Positions 1-13,045 of a DNA stretch of 64,000 nucleotides are shown here, piece by piece (within the stretch, counting starts at the first letter, position 1; every line of letters begins with the position of its first letter). This DNA is from Macrostomum lignano. Taxonomy: Eukaryota. A program made the translations under genes and the position numbers. The stretch covers positions 124,001-188,000 of the forward strand of contig NIVC01001322.1 in assembly GCA_002269645.1 (NCBI GenBank), written 5' to 3'. Below the pieces are notes generated by a model. It ran no database searches. It had not been told where the DNA came from and worked only from the letters and a program-made list of their open reading frames with translations.

Positions 1-191
1 TTTTCATAGGTCATAATTTCTAAAGTGTAGTTACTTTGTACTTTGATTAAAGTGATACTATGTATGGTTTTTAGTTAACTCTCGTTGCTGCCCATTCCGC
101 CGACTCCCCTGAGCAGGCACACACCAAGGACGACTTAAGTAGAAGGACGGGAAACCTCGTTTCTTAGAAAAATTTTTTAAGGCCGGCTTTT

Positions 192-696
192 CCCGAAAAA
201 ATACACTACAGAGATAGGAGGCAGATCCAGTGTTTATCTTTTGATATGCTGTGCCTTTCTTATTGCTCTATCGATATTCATAAAGCTTTCCGTTCAAAGA
301 CTTAGAATTCTATGTTAATTTTTATTCTACATACATTTCCTGTACCTAAAAATCATAAAAATGCATGGCACAGTTCCAATCTTTGGTTTTATGAATCTAT
401 TTTGTCATCTCTGTTACAACTATTTGTAACACAGTCAGCTAAGAAGGATTAAATAGACTCTTAAATAGTGCCATTTTAATGGTTTTTAGGCACAAGACAC
501 GTGCAAATGTACGTAGAATAAAAAATTAACATAGAATCCTAAGTCTTTGAACGAAAAGCTTTATGAATATCGATAGAGCAATAAAAAAGGCACAACATAT
601 CAAAAGATGAACACTGGATCTGCCTCCTATCAAAAGCAATAGCAATTTTTGTGCTGAAAAAGTGAAAACTTCCTAACTCCGTAGTGTATTTTTTCG
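192..696. mobile_element. Foldback/MITE-like inverted repeat
   Basis: About 213-372 is the near reverse complement of about 468-631 (gataggaggcagatccagtg... / ...cactggatctgcctcctatc). An outer pair ccgaaaaaatacactac (193-209) / gtagtgtattttttcgg (681-697) adds to it. No coding capacity. Confidence 0.55.
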
Positions 697-1260
697 GCGA
701 ATAAAATAGCGAGAGGATTTTTTATTATGTAGTATTGATATCACTCAGTGGATAGTGACCCCTCCCCTATATTCCTATCTGTTCCTATTGGATACAAGTA
801 TTCAGTAAGACCGCGTTTTTTGTTATTACTACTATGGCCAATATTGAGCGCAGAATTTTTGATTACTAATTTAAGTCTTGCAGTCCAAGATCTGGATCTA
901 GTTAGTAATCTAGCTAAATCATGGACACTTACCCTGCCCCACTATTTTTCAAGCTAAGTAAACAAAAATCATAACATTCTGTTCTGAGCATTGAGCAAAA
1001 ACCTTCTAGTTAGTCTTGATTGATAAGTATAGTTTTACAACATGCAAGATCAGTGTGGTAGTTTCATTTTTTGTACCTAGAAACCACGCCTGTCGAATGT
1101 AGCACTATAAACATCGAAATTCGACAATAAATAAATAAGACAATCATAATTTTCAGACAAAAACTACGGATTTTCAACAATGTAGTCTTCACTAAGCATT
1201 TGTTATCAGCTGTTCAGGCTAGCTTACTAGTGTTCAACATTTACTTGGGAGAACTGTTCA

Positions 1261-1662
1261 ATGAGTACGGCATCAACGCTTGTCAATGGCGGCGGCGGTA
1301 GCAGCGGTGGCGGCTCCGTCACCGAGCTATCGTTAGCTGAACTTCGCGACATCGCCGCCCGTCAGCAGGCTCGCATCGACGCCCAGCTCAACGATTTAAG
1401 GCATCGTCAGCTGGCTTTGAACCGGCTGCGCAAAGACAGCAACGGATTAACGAATGGCGGAGGCCTTGCTGCCGCTGTTGAAGATCGCGACAATCGATTG
1501 AATCGGCTTCGCTTGCAACGGAAACAGCTGGACGAATATCGGCAGGCCAATGCCCAGCTGGCTGCCCAGCTGGCCCAAGCTCGCGACGCGTTTCAACGTC
1601 GTTCGGAGGAACTGGCGAAGCTAGACCAGCGAGTGGAGGCTATGCAGAAGCTGGCGGAGTCG
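1261..1662 (+). CDS. ASPP: ASPP-family protein, coding exon 1 (N-terminal coiled coil)
   Basis: ELSLAELRDIAARQQARIDAQ resembles ASPP1/2 LTLAELQEMASRQQQQIEAQ. Ends in phase 0 at donor GTGAGT (1663). An upstream exon (ubiquitin-like domain) cannot be excluded. Confidence 0.8.
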
Positions 1663-1755
1663 GTGAGTGTGAGCATAGGCTCCTTTGAATTGTGTTTAAA
1701 AGGAAACCTCTCGATTTTAGCCTCTTCTTAGACAGAGTATCTGCAAAGCCTAGCA

Positions 1756-4700
1756 TAAGAGGGCCGCCCATCTAAGAGACAGGGGCGCCCATCTAAGAGA
1801 CAGGGCCGCCCATCTAAGAGACAGGGGCGCCCATCTAAGAGACAGGGGCGCCCATCTAGAGACAAAGCGCCCATCTAAGAGACAGGGGCGCCCATCTAAG
1901 AGACAGGGGCGCCCATCTAAGAGACGGGGGCGCCCATCTAAGAGACAGGGGCGCCCATCTAGAGACGTGCGCCGATCTAAGAGACAGGGGCGCCCATCTA
2001 AGAGACAGGGCCGCCCATCTAAGAGACGGGGGCGCCCATCTAAGAGACTGGGGCGCCCATCTAAGAGACAGGGGCGCCCATCTAAGAGACAGGGTCGCTC
2101 ATCTAAGAGACAGGGGCGCCCATCTAAGAGACGGGGGCGCCCATCTAAGAGACAGGGGCGCCCATCTAGAGACAAAGCGCCCATCTAAGAGACAGGGCCG
2201 CCCATCTAGAGACAAAGCGCCCATCTAAGAGACAGGGGCGCCCATCTAAGAGACAGGGCCGCCCATCTAAGAGACGGGGCGCCCATCTAAGAGACAGGGT
2301 CGCTCATCTAAGAGACAGGGGCGCCCATCTAAGAGACCGGGACACCCATCTAAGAGACGGGGGCGCCCATCTAAGAGACAGGGCCGCCCATCTAAGAGAC
2401 GGGGGCGCCCATCTAAGAGACTGGGGCGCCCATCTAAGAGACAGGGGCGCCCATATAAGAGACAGGGTCGCTCATCTAAGAGACAGGGGCGCCCATCTAA
2501 GAGACCGGGACACCCATCTAAGAGACGGGGCGCCCATCTAAGAGACAGGGCCGCCCATCTAAGAGACGGGGGCGCCCATCTAAGAGACTGGGGCGCCCAT
2601 CTAAGAGACAGGGGCGCCCATCTAAGAGACGGGGTCGCCCATCTAAGAGACAGGGGCGCCCATCTAGAGACAAAGCGCCCATCTAAGAGACAGGGGCGCC
2701 CATCTAAGAGACAGGGCCGCCCATCTAAGAGACAGGGCCGCCCATCTAAGAGACGGGGGCGCCCATCTAAGAGACTGGGGCGCCCATCTAAGAGACAGGG
2801 GCGCCCATCTAGAGACAAAGCGCCCATCTAAGAGACAGGGGCGCCCATCTAAGAGACAGGGGCGCCCATCTAAGAGACGGGGGCGCCCATCTAAGAGACA
2901 GGGGCGCCCATCTAGAGACGTGCGCCGATCTAAGAGACGTGCGCCGATCTAAGAGACAGGGGCGCCCATCTAAGAGACGGGGGCGCCCATCTAAGAGACT
3001 GGGGCGCCCATCTAAGAGACTGGGGCGCCCATCTAGAGACAGGGGCGCCCATCTAAGAGACAGGGGCACCCATCTAAGAGACAGGGGCACCCATCTAAGA
3101 GACGGGGGCGCCCATCTAAGAGACAGGGCCGCCCATCTAAGAGACGGGGGCGCCCATCTAAGAGACTGGGGCGCCCATCTAAGAGACGGGGCGCCCATCT
3201 AAGAGACAGGGCCGCCCATCTAAGAGACGGGGCGCCCATCTAAGAGACTGGGGCGCCCATCTAAAAGACGGGGTCGCCCATCTAAGAGACAGGGGCGCCC
3301 ATCTAGAGACAAAGCGCCCATCTAAGAGACAGGGGCGCCCATCTAAGAGACAGGGGCGCCCATCTAAGAGACAGGGGCGCCCATCTAAGAGACAGGGGCG
3401 CCCATCTAGAGACGTGCGCCGATCTAAGAGACAGGGGCGCCCATCTAGAGACGTGCGCCGATCTAAGAGACATGGGCGCCCATCTAAGAGACAGGGCCGC
3501 CCATCTAAGAGACGGGGGCGCCCATCTAAGAGACTGGGGCGCCCATCTAAGAGACTGGGGCGCCCATCTAAGAGACGGGGGCGCCCATCTAAGAGACAGG
3601 GTCGCCCATCTAGAGACAAAGCGCCCATCTAAGAGACAGGGGCGCCCATCTAGAGACAAAGCGCCTATCTAAGAGACAGGGGCGCCCATCTAGAGACAAA
3701 GCGCCCATCTAAGAGACAGGGGCGCCCATCTAGAGACAAAGCGCCCATCTAAGAGACAGGGGCGCCCATCTAAGAGACAGGGGCGCCCATCTAAGAGACT
3801 GCGGCGCCCATCTAGAGACAAAGCGCCCATCTAAGAGACTGGGGCGCCCATCTAAGAGACAGGGGCGCCCATCTAAGAGACTGGGGCGCCCATCTAAGAG
3901 ACAGGGTCGCTCATCTAAGAGACAGGGGCGGCCATCTAAGAGACAGGGGCGCCCATCTAGAGACAAAGCGCCCATCTAAGAGACAGGGCCGCCCATCTAG
4001 AGACAAAGCGCCCATCTAAGAGACAGGGGCGCCCATCTAAGAGACGGGGGCGCCCATCTAAGAGACAGGGTCGCTCATCTAAGAGACAGGGGCGCCCATC
4101 TAAGAGACCGGGACACCCATCTAAGAGACAGGGGCGCCCATCTAAGAGACGGGGTCGCCCATCTAAGAGACAGGGGCGCCCATCTAGAGACAAAGCGCCC
4201 ATCTAAGAGACAGGGGCGCCCATCTAAGAGACAGGGCCGCCCATCTAAGAGACAGGGCCGCCCATCTAAGAGACGGGGGCGCCCATCTAAGAGACTGGGG
4301 CGCCCATCTAAGAGACAGGGGCGCCCATCTAGAGACAAAGCGCCCATCTAAGAGACAGGGTCGCTCATCTAAGAGACAGGGGCGCCCATCTAAGAGACAG
4401 GGGCGCCCATCTAGAGACAAAGCGCCCATCTAAGAGACAGGGGCGCCCATCTAAGAGACAGGGCCGCCCATCTAAGAGACAGGGCCGCCCATCTAAGAGA
4501 CGGGGGCGCCCATCTAAGAGACTGGGGCGCCCATCTAAGAGACAGGGGCGCCCATCTAGAGACAAAGCGCCCATCTAAGAGACAGGGGCGCCCATCTAAG
4601 AGACAGGGGCGCCCATCTAAGAGACGGGGGCGCCCATCTAAGAGACAGGGGCGCCCATCTAGAGACGTGCGCCGATCTAAGAGACGTGCGCCGATCTAAG

Positions 4701-7700
4701 AGACAGGGGCGCCCATCTAAGAGACGGGGGCGCCCATCTAAGAGACTGGGGCGCCCATCTAAGAGACTGGGGCGCCCATCTCGAGACAAAGCGCCCATCT
4801 AAGAGACAGGGGCGCCCATCTAAGAGACAGGGCCGCCCATCTAAGAGACGGGGGCGCCCATCTAAGAGACAGGGGCGCCCATCTAAGAGACAGGGGCGCC
4901 CATCTAAGAGACAGGGGCGCCCATCTAAGAGACAGGGGCACCCATCTAAGAGACGGGGGCGCCCATCTAAGAGACAGGGCCGCCCATCTAAGAGACGGGG
5001 GCGCCCATCTAAGAGACTGGGGCGCCCATCTAAGAGACGGGGGCGCCCATCTAAGAGACAGGGCCGCCCATCTAAGAGACGGGGGCGCCCATCTAAGAGA
5101 CTGGGGCGCCCATCTAAAAGACGGGGTCGCCCATCTAAGAGACAGGGGCGCCCATCTAGAGACAAAGCGCCCATCTAAGAGACAGGGGCGCCCATCTAAG
5201 AGACAGGGGCGCCCATCTAAGAGACAAAGCGCCCATCTAAGAGACAGGGGCGCCCATCTAAGAGACAGGGGCGCCCATCTAAGAGACGGGGGCGCCCATC
5301 TAAGAGACAGGGGCGCCCATCTAGAGACGTGCGCCGATCTAAGAGACAGGGGCGCCCATCTAAGAGACAGGGCCGCCCATCTAAGAGACGGGGGCGCCCA
5401 TCTAAGAGACTGGGGCGCCCATCTAAGAGACTGGGGCGCCCATCTAAGAGACAGGGTCGCTCATCTAAGAGACAGGGGCGCCCATCTAAGAGACGGGGGC
5501 GCCCATCTAAGAGACAGGGGCGCCCATCTAGAGACAAAGCGCCCATCTAAGAGACAGGGCCGCCCATCTAGAGACAAAGCGCCCATCTAAGAGACAGGGG
5601 CGCCCATCTAAGAGACGGGGGCGCCCATCTAAGAGACGGGGGCGCCCATCTAAGAGACAGGGTCGCTCATCTAAGAGACAGGGGCGCCCATCTAAGAGAC
5701 CGGGACACCCATCTAAGAGACAGGGGCGCCCATCTAAGAGACGGGGTCGCCCATCTAAGAGACAGGGGCGCCCATCTAGAGACAAAGCGCCCATCTAAGA
5801 GACAGGGGCGCCCATCTAAGAGACAGGGCCGCCCATCTAAGAGACAGGGCCGCCCATCTAAGAGACGGGGGCGCCCATCTAAGAGACTGGGGCGCCCATC
5901 TAAGAGACAGGGGCGCCCATCTAGAGACAAAGCGCCCATCTAAGAGACAGGGTCGCTCATCTAAGAGACAGGGGCGCCCATCTAAGAGACAGGGGCGCCC
6001 ATCTAGAGACAAAGCGCCCATCTAAGAGACAGGGGCGCCCATCTAAGAGACAGGGCCGCCCATCTAAGAGACAGGGCCGCCCATCTAAGAGACGGGGGCG
6101 CCCATCTAAGAGACTGGGGCGCCCATCTAAGAGACAGGGGCGCCCATCTAGAGACAAAGCGCCCATCTAAGAGACAGGGGCGCCCATCTAAGAGACAGGG
6201 GCGCCCATCTAAGAGACGGGGCGCCCATCTAAGAGACAGGGGCGCCCATCTAGAGACGTGCGCCGATCTAAGAGACGTGCGCCGATCTAAGAGACAGGGG
6301 CGCCCATCTAAGAGACGGGGGCGCCCATCTAAGAGACTGGGGCGCCCATCTAAGAGACTGGGGCGCCCATCTAGAGACAAAGCGCCCATCTAAGAGACAG
6401 GGGCGCCCATCTAAGAGACAGGGCCGCCCATCTAAGAGACGGGGGCGCCCATCTAAGAGACAGGGGCGCCCATCTAAGAGACAGGGGCGCCCATCTAAGA
6501 GACAGGGGCACCCATCTAAGAGACGGGGGCGCCCATCTAAGAGACAGGGCCGCCCATCTAAGAGACGGGGGCGCCCATCTAAGAGACTGGGGCGCCCATC
6601 TAAGAGACGGGGCGCCCATCTAAGAGACAGGGCCGCCCATCTAAGAGACGGGGCGCCCATCTAAGAGACTGGGGCGCCCATCTAAAAGACGGGGTCGCCC
6701 ATCTAAGAGACAGGGGCGCCCATCTAGAGACAAAGCGCCCATCTAAGAGACAGGGGCGCCCATCTAAGAGACAGGGGCGCCCATCTAAGAGACAGGGGCG
6801 CCCATCTAAGAGACAGGGGCGCCCATCTAAGAGACAGGGGCGCCCATCTAGAGACGTGCGCCGATCTAAGAGACAGGGGCGCCCATCTAGAGACGTGCGC
6901 CGATCTAAGAGACATGGGCGCCCATCTAAGAGACAGGGCCGCCCATCTAAGAGACGGGGGCGCCCATCTAAGAGACTGGGGCGCCCATCTAAGAGACTGG
7001 GGCGCCCATCTAAGAGACGGGGCGCCCATCTAAGAGACAGGGGCGCCCATCTAGAGACAAAGCGCCCATCTAAGAGACAGGGGCGCCCATCTAGAGACAA
7101 AGCGCCTATCTAAGAGACAGGGGCGCCCATCTAGAGACAAAGCGCCCATCTAAGAGACAGGGGCGCCCATCTAGAGACAAAGCGCCCATCTAAGAGACAG
7201 GGGCGCCCATCTAGAGACAAAGCGCCTATCTAAGAGACAGGGGCGCCCATCTAGAGACAAAGCGCCCATCTAAGAGACAGGGGCGCCCATCTAAGAGACA
7301 AAGCGCCCATCTAAGAGACAGGGGCGCCCATCTAGAGACAAAGCGCCCATCTAAGAGACAGGGGCGCCCATCTAAGAGACAGGGCCGCCCATCTAAGAGA
7401 CAGGGCCGCCCATCTAAGAGACGGGGGCGCCCATCTAAGAGACTGGGGCGCCCATCTAAGAGACAGGGGCGCCCATCTAGAGACAAAGCGCCCATCTAAG
7501 AGACAGGGTCGCTCATCTAAGAGACAGGGGCGCCCATCTAAGAGACAGGGGCGCCCATCTAGAGACAAAGCGCCCATCTAAGAGACAGGGGCGCCCATCT
7601 AAGAGACAAAGCGCCTATCTAAGAGACAGGGGCGCCCATCTAGAGACAAAGCGCCCATCTAAGAGACAGGGGCGCCCATCTAGAGACAAAGCGCCCATCT

Positions 7701-10700
7701 AAGAGACAGGGGCGCCCATCTAGAGACAAAGCGCCTATCTAAGAGACAGGGGCGCCCATCTAGAGACAAAGCGCCCATCTAAGAGACAGGGGCGCCCATC
7801 TAAGAGACAAAGCGCCCATCTAAGAGACAGGGGCGCCCATCTAGAGACAAAGCGCCCATCTAAGAGACAGGGGCGCCCATCTAAGAGACAAAGCGCCCAT
7901 CTAAGAGACAGGGGCGCCCATCTAGAGACAAAGCGCCCATCTAAGAGACAGGGGCGCCCATCTAAGAGACAGGGGCGCCCATCTAAGAGACGGGGGCGCC
8001 CATCTAAGAGACAGGGGCGCCCATCTAGAGACGTGCGCCGATCTAAGAGACGTGCGCCGATCTAAGAGACAGGGGCGCCCATCTAAGAGACGGGGGCGCC
8101 CATCTAAGAGACTGGGGCGCCCATCTAAGAGACTGGGGCGCCCATCTAGAGACAAAGCGCCCATCTAAGAGACAGGGGCGCCCATCTAAGAGACAGGGCC
8201 GCCCATCTAAGAGACGGGGGCGCCCATCTAAGAGACAGGGGCGCCCATCTAAGAGACAGGGGCGCCCATCTAAGAGACAGGGGCGCCCATCTAAGAGACA
8301 GGGGCACCCATCTAAGAGACGGGGGCGCCCATCTAAGAGACAGGGCCGCCCATCTAAGAGACGGGGGCGCCCATCTAAGAGACTGGGGCGCCCATCTAAG
8401 AGACGGGGGCGCCCATCTAAGAGACAGGGCCGCCCATCTAAGAGACGGGGCGCCCATCTAAGAGACTGGGGCGCCCATCTAAAAGACGGGGTCGCCCATC
8501 TAAGAGACAGGGGCGCCCATCTAGAGACAAAGCGCCCATCTAAGAGACAGGGGCGCCCATCTAAGAGACAGGGGCGCCCATCTAAGAGACAAAGCGCCCA
8601 TCTAAGAGACAGGGGCGCCCATCTAAGAGACAGGGGCGCCCATCTAAGAGACGGGGGCGCCCATCTAAGAGACAGGGGCGCCCATCTAGAGACGTGCGCC
8701 GATCTAAGAGACAGGGGCGCCCATCTAAGAGACAGGGCCGCCCATCTAAGAGACGGGGGCGCCCATCTAAGAGACTGGGGCGCCCATCTAAGAGACTGGG
8801 GCGCCCATCTAAGAGACAGGGTCGCTCATCTAAGAGACAGGGGCGCCCATCTAAGAGACGGGGGCGCCCATCTAAGAGACAGGGGCGCCCATCTAGAGAC
8901 AAAGCGCCCATCTAAGAGACAGGGCCGCCCATCTAGAGACAAAGCGCCCATCTAAGAGACAGGGGCGCCCATCTAAGAGACGGGGGCGCCCATCTAAGAG
9001 ACGGGGGCGCCCATCTAAGAGACAGGGTCGCTCATCTAAGAGACAGGGGCGCCCATCTAAGAGACCGGGACACCCATCTAAGAGACAGGGGCGCCCATCT
9101 AAGAGACGGGGTCGCCCATCTAAGAGACAGGGGCGCCCATCTAGAGACAAAGCGCCCATCTAAGAGACAGGGGCGCCCATCTAAGAGACAGGGCCGCCCA
9201 TCTAAGAGACAGGGCCGCCCATCTAAGAGACGGGGGCGCCCATCTAAGAGACTGGGGCGCCCATCTAAGAGACAGGGGCGCCCATCTAGAGACAAAGCGC
9301 CCATCTAAGAGACAGGGTCGCTCATCTAAGAGACAGGGGCGCCCATCTAAGAGACAGGGGCGCCCATCTAGAGACAAAGCGCCCATCTAAGAGACAGGGG
9401 CGCCCATCTAAGAGACAGGGCCGCCCATCTAAGAGACAGGGCCGCCCATCTAAGAGACGGGGGCGCCCATCTAAGAGACTGGGGCGCCCATCTAAGAGAC
9501 AGGGGCGCCCATCTAGAGACAAAGCGCCCATCTAAGAGACAGGGGCGCCCATCTAAGAGACAGGGGCGCCCATCTAAGAGACGGGGGCGCCCATCTAAGA
9601 GACAGGGGCGCCCATCTAGAGACGTGCGCCGATCTAAGAGACGTGCGCCGATCTAAGAGACAGGGGCGCCCATCTAAGAGACGGGGGCGCCCATCTAAGA
9701 GACTGGGGCGCCCATCTAAGAGACTGGGGCGCCCATCTAGAGACAAAGCGCCCATCTAAGAGACAGGGGCGCCCATCTAAGAGACAGGGCCGCCCATCTA
9801 AGAGACGGGGGCGCCCATCTAAGAGACAGGGGCGCCCATCTAAGAGACAGGGGCGCCCATCTAAGAGACAGGGGCACCCATCTAAGAGACGGGGGCGCCC
9901 ATCTAAGAGACAGGGCCGCCCATCTAAGAGACGGGGGCGCCCATCTAAGAGACTGGGGCGCCCATCTAAGAGACGGGGGCGCCCATCTAAGAGACAGGGC
10001 CGCCCATCTAAGAGACGGGGGCGCCCATCTAAGAGACTGGGGCGCCCATCTAAAAGACGGGGTCGCCCATCTAAGAGACAGGGGCGCCCATCTAGAGACA
10101 AAGCGCCCATCTAAGAGACAGGGGCGCCCATCTAAGAGACAGGGGCGCCCATCTAAGAGACAGGGGCGCCCATCTAAGAGACAGGGGCGCCCATCTAAGA
10201 GACAGGGGCGCCCATCTAGAGACGTGCGCCGATCTAAGAGACAGGGCGCCCATCTAGAGACGTGCGCCGATCTAAGAGACATGGGCGCCCATCTAAGAGA
10301 CAGGGCCGCCCATCTAAGAGACGGGGGCGCCCATCTAAGAGACTGGGGCGCCCATCTAAGAGACTGGGGCGCCCATCTAAGAGACGGGGGCGCCCATCTA
10401 AGAGACAGGGGCGCCCATCTAGAGACAAAGCGCCCATCTAAGAGACAGGGGCGCCCATCTAGAGACAAAGCGCCTATCTAAGAGACAGGGGCGCCCATCT
10501 AGAGACAAAGCGCCCATCTAAGAGACAGGGGCGCCCATCTAGAGACAAAGCGCCCATCTAAGAGACAGGGGCGCCCATCTAGAGACAAAGCGCCTATCTA
10601 AGAGACAGGGGCGCCCATCTAGAGACAAAGCGCCCATCTAAGAGACAGGGGCGCCCATCTAAGAGACAAAGCGCCCATCTAAGAGACAGGGGCGCCCATC

Positions 10701-10807
10701 TAGAGACAAAGCGCCCATCTAAGAGACAGGGGCGCCCATCTAAGAGACAAAGCGCCCATCTAAGAGACAGGGGCGCCCATCTAGAGACAAAGCGCCCATC
10801 TAAGAGA
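1756..10807. repeat. 9-kb satellite, 21-bp monomer GACAGGGGCGCCCATCTAAGA with 19/20-bp variants and higher-order repeats
   Basis: Continuous array inside ASPP intron 1. Identical ORF-track translations recur at 1967/5329/8694 (period about 3.36 kb) and 4075/5667 (1592 bp). Confidence 0.98.
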
Positions 10808-11369
10808 GCTCAAAGACACTAAAATTTAGTCGCCTAAGAGTTTCGCCTACAACACTCCCAACACGAAGTCCTATGTATACCGCTTGTAGGCAAGACTCCA
10901 TTTATGAAATTAACGTTGACCTGTAATCAATAAAAAAGGGCAACGTGGGCGTACAATTAAATGAAATGGAAAGAGATTATTAGTGTCCTGGCTCACAGAG
11001 AAATTTAATTTTATCGCATTTATTAATAGTGACTACGTTAAGGCAAATACGTTGATAATATCTGTTATCATACTTATATAACCGCCCCTAATTCAGCCCG
11101 ATAATAAGCAGGTCATGTTTACCACGCCAGCAAAAGCAATTAACACGCGTAGACAAAATAGTTGAAATTATTGCCATAGACAATAAATAAGTCAGACTAT
11201 TTTATGAGCCGTGACGCTTGAAAACTTAATGAGCACATCATGCGTCCCGTATTCTTTCTCTGAGTCGCATGATAGAAGTACTTTAGCTTCTCGGAAATCT
11301 CCTCCTAACTGCAGGTAGCTTCTCCAAATAATCTTGCTTTTCGGTAAAAAAAACTGCTTTATTCTTAGA

Positions 11370-12315
11370 GTAGTTTAGAGGCGATTCTTGGGGTACTTTG
11401 TGGGCGATTCTTAGAGTCGTTTAGAGGCGATTCTTAGGGTACTTTATGGGCGATTCTTAGAGTCCTTTAGAGGCGATTCTTAGAGTCGTTTAGAGGCGAT
11501 TCTTAGGGTACTTTGTGGGCGATTCTTAGAGTCGTTTAGAGGCGATTTTTAGGGTACTTTATGGGCGATTCTAGAGTCGTTTAGAGGCGATTCTTAGGGT
11601 ACTTTATGGGCGATTCTTAGAGTCGTTTAGAGGCGATTCTTAGGGTACTTTATGGGCGATTCTTAGAGTAGTTTTGAGGCGATTCTTAGGGTACTTTATG
11701 GGCGATTCTTAGAGTAGTTTTGGGGCGATTCTTGGGGTACTTTATAGGCGATTATTAGGATAGTTTAGAGGCGATTCTTGGGGTAGTTTATGGGCGATTC
11801 TTGGGGTACTTTATGGGCGATTCTTGGGGTACTTTATGGGCGATTTTTAGATTAGTTTTTAGGGGCGTTTCTTAGGGTAGTTTATGGGCGATTCTTAAAG
11901 TAGTTTAGAGGCGATTCTTGGGGTAGTTTATAGGTGGTTCTTCTTAAGGTAGTTTAAAGGGCGTTTTTAGCGTAGTTTTTAGGGGGCCTTTTTAGGGTAG
12001 TTTATGGGTTTTTTAGGGGCGTTTCTTAGGATAGTTTATAGGGGCGATACTTGGAGTAGTTTAGTGGCGATTATTAGGATAGTTTAGAGGCGATTCTTTG
12101 GGTAGTTTATAGGGGCGTTTTTAGGGTAGTTTATAGGAGCGAATCTTAGGGTAGTTTATAGGAGCGAATCTTAGGGTAGTTTATAGGAGCGAATCTTAGG
12201 GTAGTTTTTAGGTAGTCCTTAGGGTAGTTTATTGGGGCCTTTTTAGTGTAGTTTGTAGGGGATTTTTTAGGGTCGATTGTTAGGGTATATTAGAGGCGAT
12301 TCTTTGGGTAGTTTA
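11370..12315. repeat. Degenerating 23-bp (46-bp dimer) minisatellite containing TTAGGG
   Basis: GGCGATTCTTAGGGTACTTTATG / GGCGATTCTTAGAGTCGTTTAGA. GGCGA recurs at 11586, 11609, 11632. The array decays rightwards, with 25-bp variants near 12120-12200. Confidence 0.9.
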
Positions 12316-12610
12316 AAGGAATGTTTCTAGTGACAAAACACTTCAGTCTGTCCTTGCTTTGTACTCCTTCAAGTCTCCTTAAATGATTTAGTTCGCAAGT
12401 GCCGTCTGAAAAGTACATCTTTATCTTACTCTCAGACATCATTTAATCAGAAATTAATAACTTATTAACTTGTTAATAACTAAACTCGTTTCCATATCCA
12501 TGCAACAATTCCTCTGATCAGACTGAAATTATTGGTAGTGTCATCCGAAAAACAAAACCAACCCAACTAATCGCCATTCAATCGGTTCTATAATTAATAT
12601 TACACATTGT

Positions 12611-13045
12611 GAGGATCTTAGAGGCTAGCTCAGAAACTGAGGATCAGAAAGGCTGGCCCAGCAACTGAGGATCTGGGAGGCTGGCCCAGAAACTGAGGAT
12701 CTGGGAGGCTGGCCCAGCAACTGAGGATCTGGGAGGCTGGCCCAGAAACTGAGGATCTGGGAGGCATGGCCCAGAAACTGAGGATCAGGGAGGCTGGCCC
12801 AGAAACTGAGGATCTGGGAGGCTTGCCCAGAAACTGAGGATCTGGGAGGCTGGCCCAGCAACTGAGGATCAGGGAGGCTGGCCCAGAAACTGAGGATCTG
12901 GGAGGCTTGCGGCCCAGCAACTGAGGATCTGGGAGGCTGGCCCAGCAACTGACACTGGGAGGCTGGCCCAGCAACTGACACTGGGAGGCTGGCCCAGCAA
13001 CTGACACTGGGAGGCTGGCCCAGCAACTGACACTGGGAGGCTGGC
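12611..13045. repeat. 28-bp minisatellite AACTGAGGATCTGGGAGGCTGGCCCAG(C/A)
   Basis: About 15 copies; unit starts at 12663 and 12691. Confidence 0.95.

Noticed and set aside
1750-10481. Dozens of ORFs (LDGRPCL, RWAPLSL and RPSKRQG repeats)
   Set aside because: Translations of a 21-bp satellite lying in a phase-consistent ASPP intron; not genes.
1756-10807. CRISPR-like appearance of regularly repeated short units
   Set aside because: No unique spacers, eukaryotic context and no cas genes.
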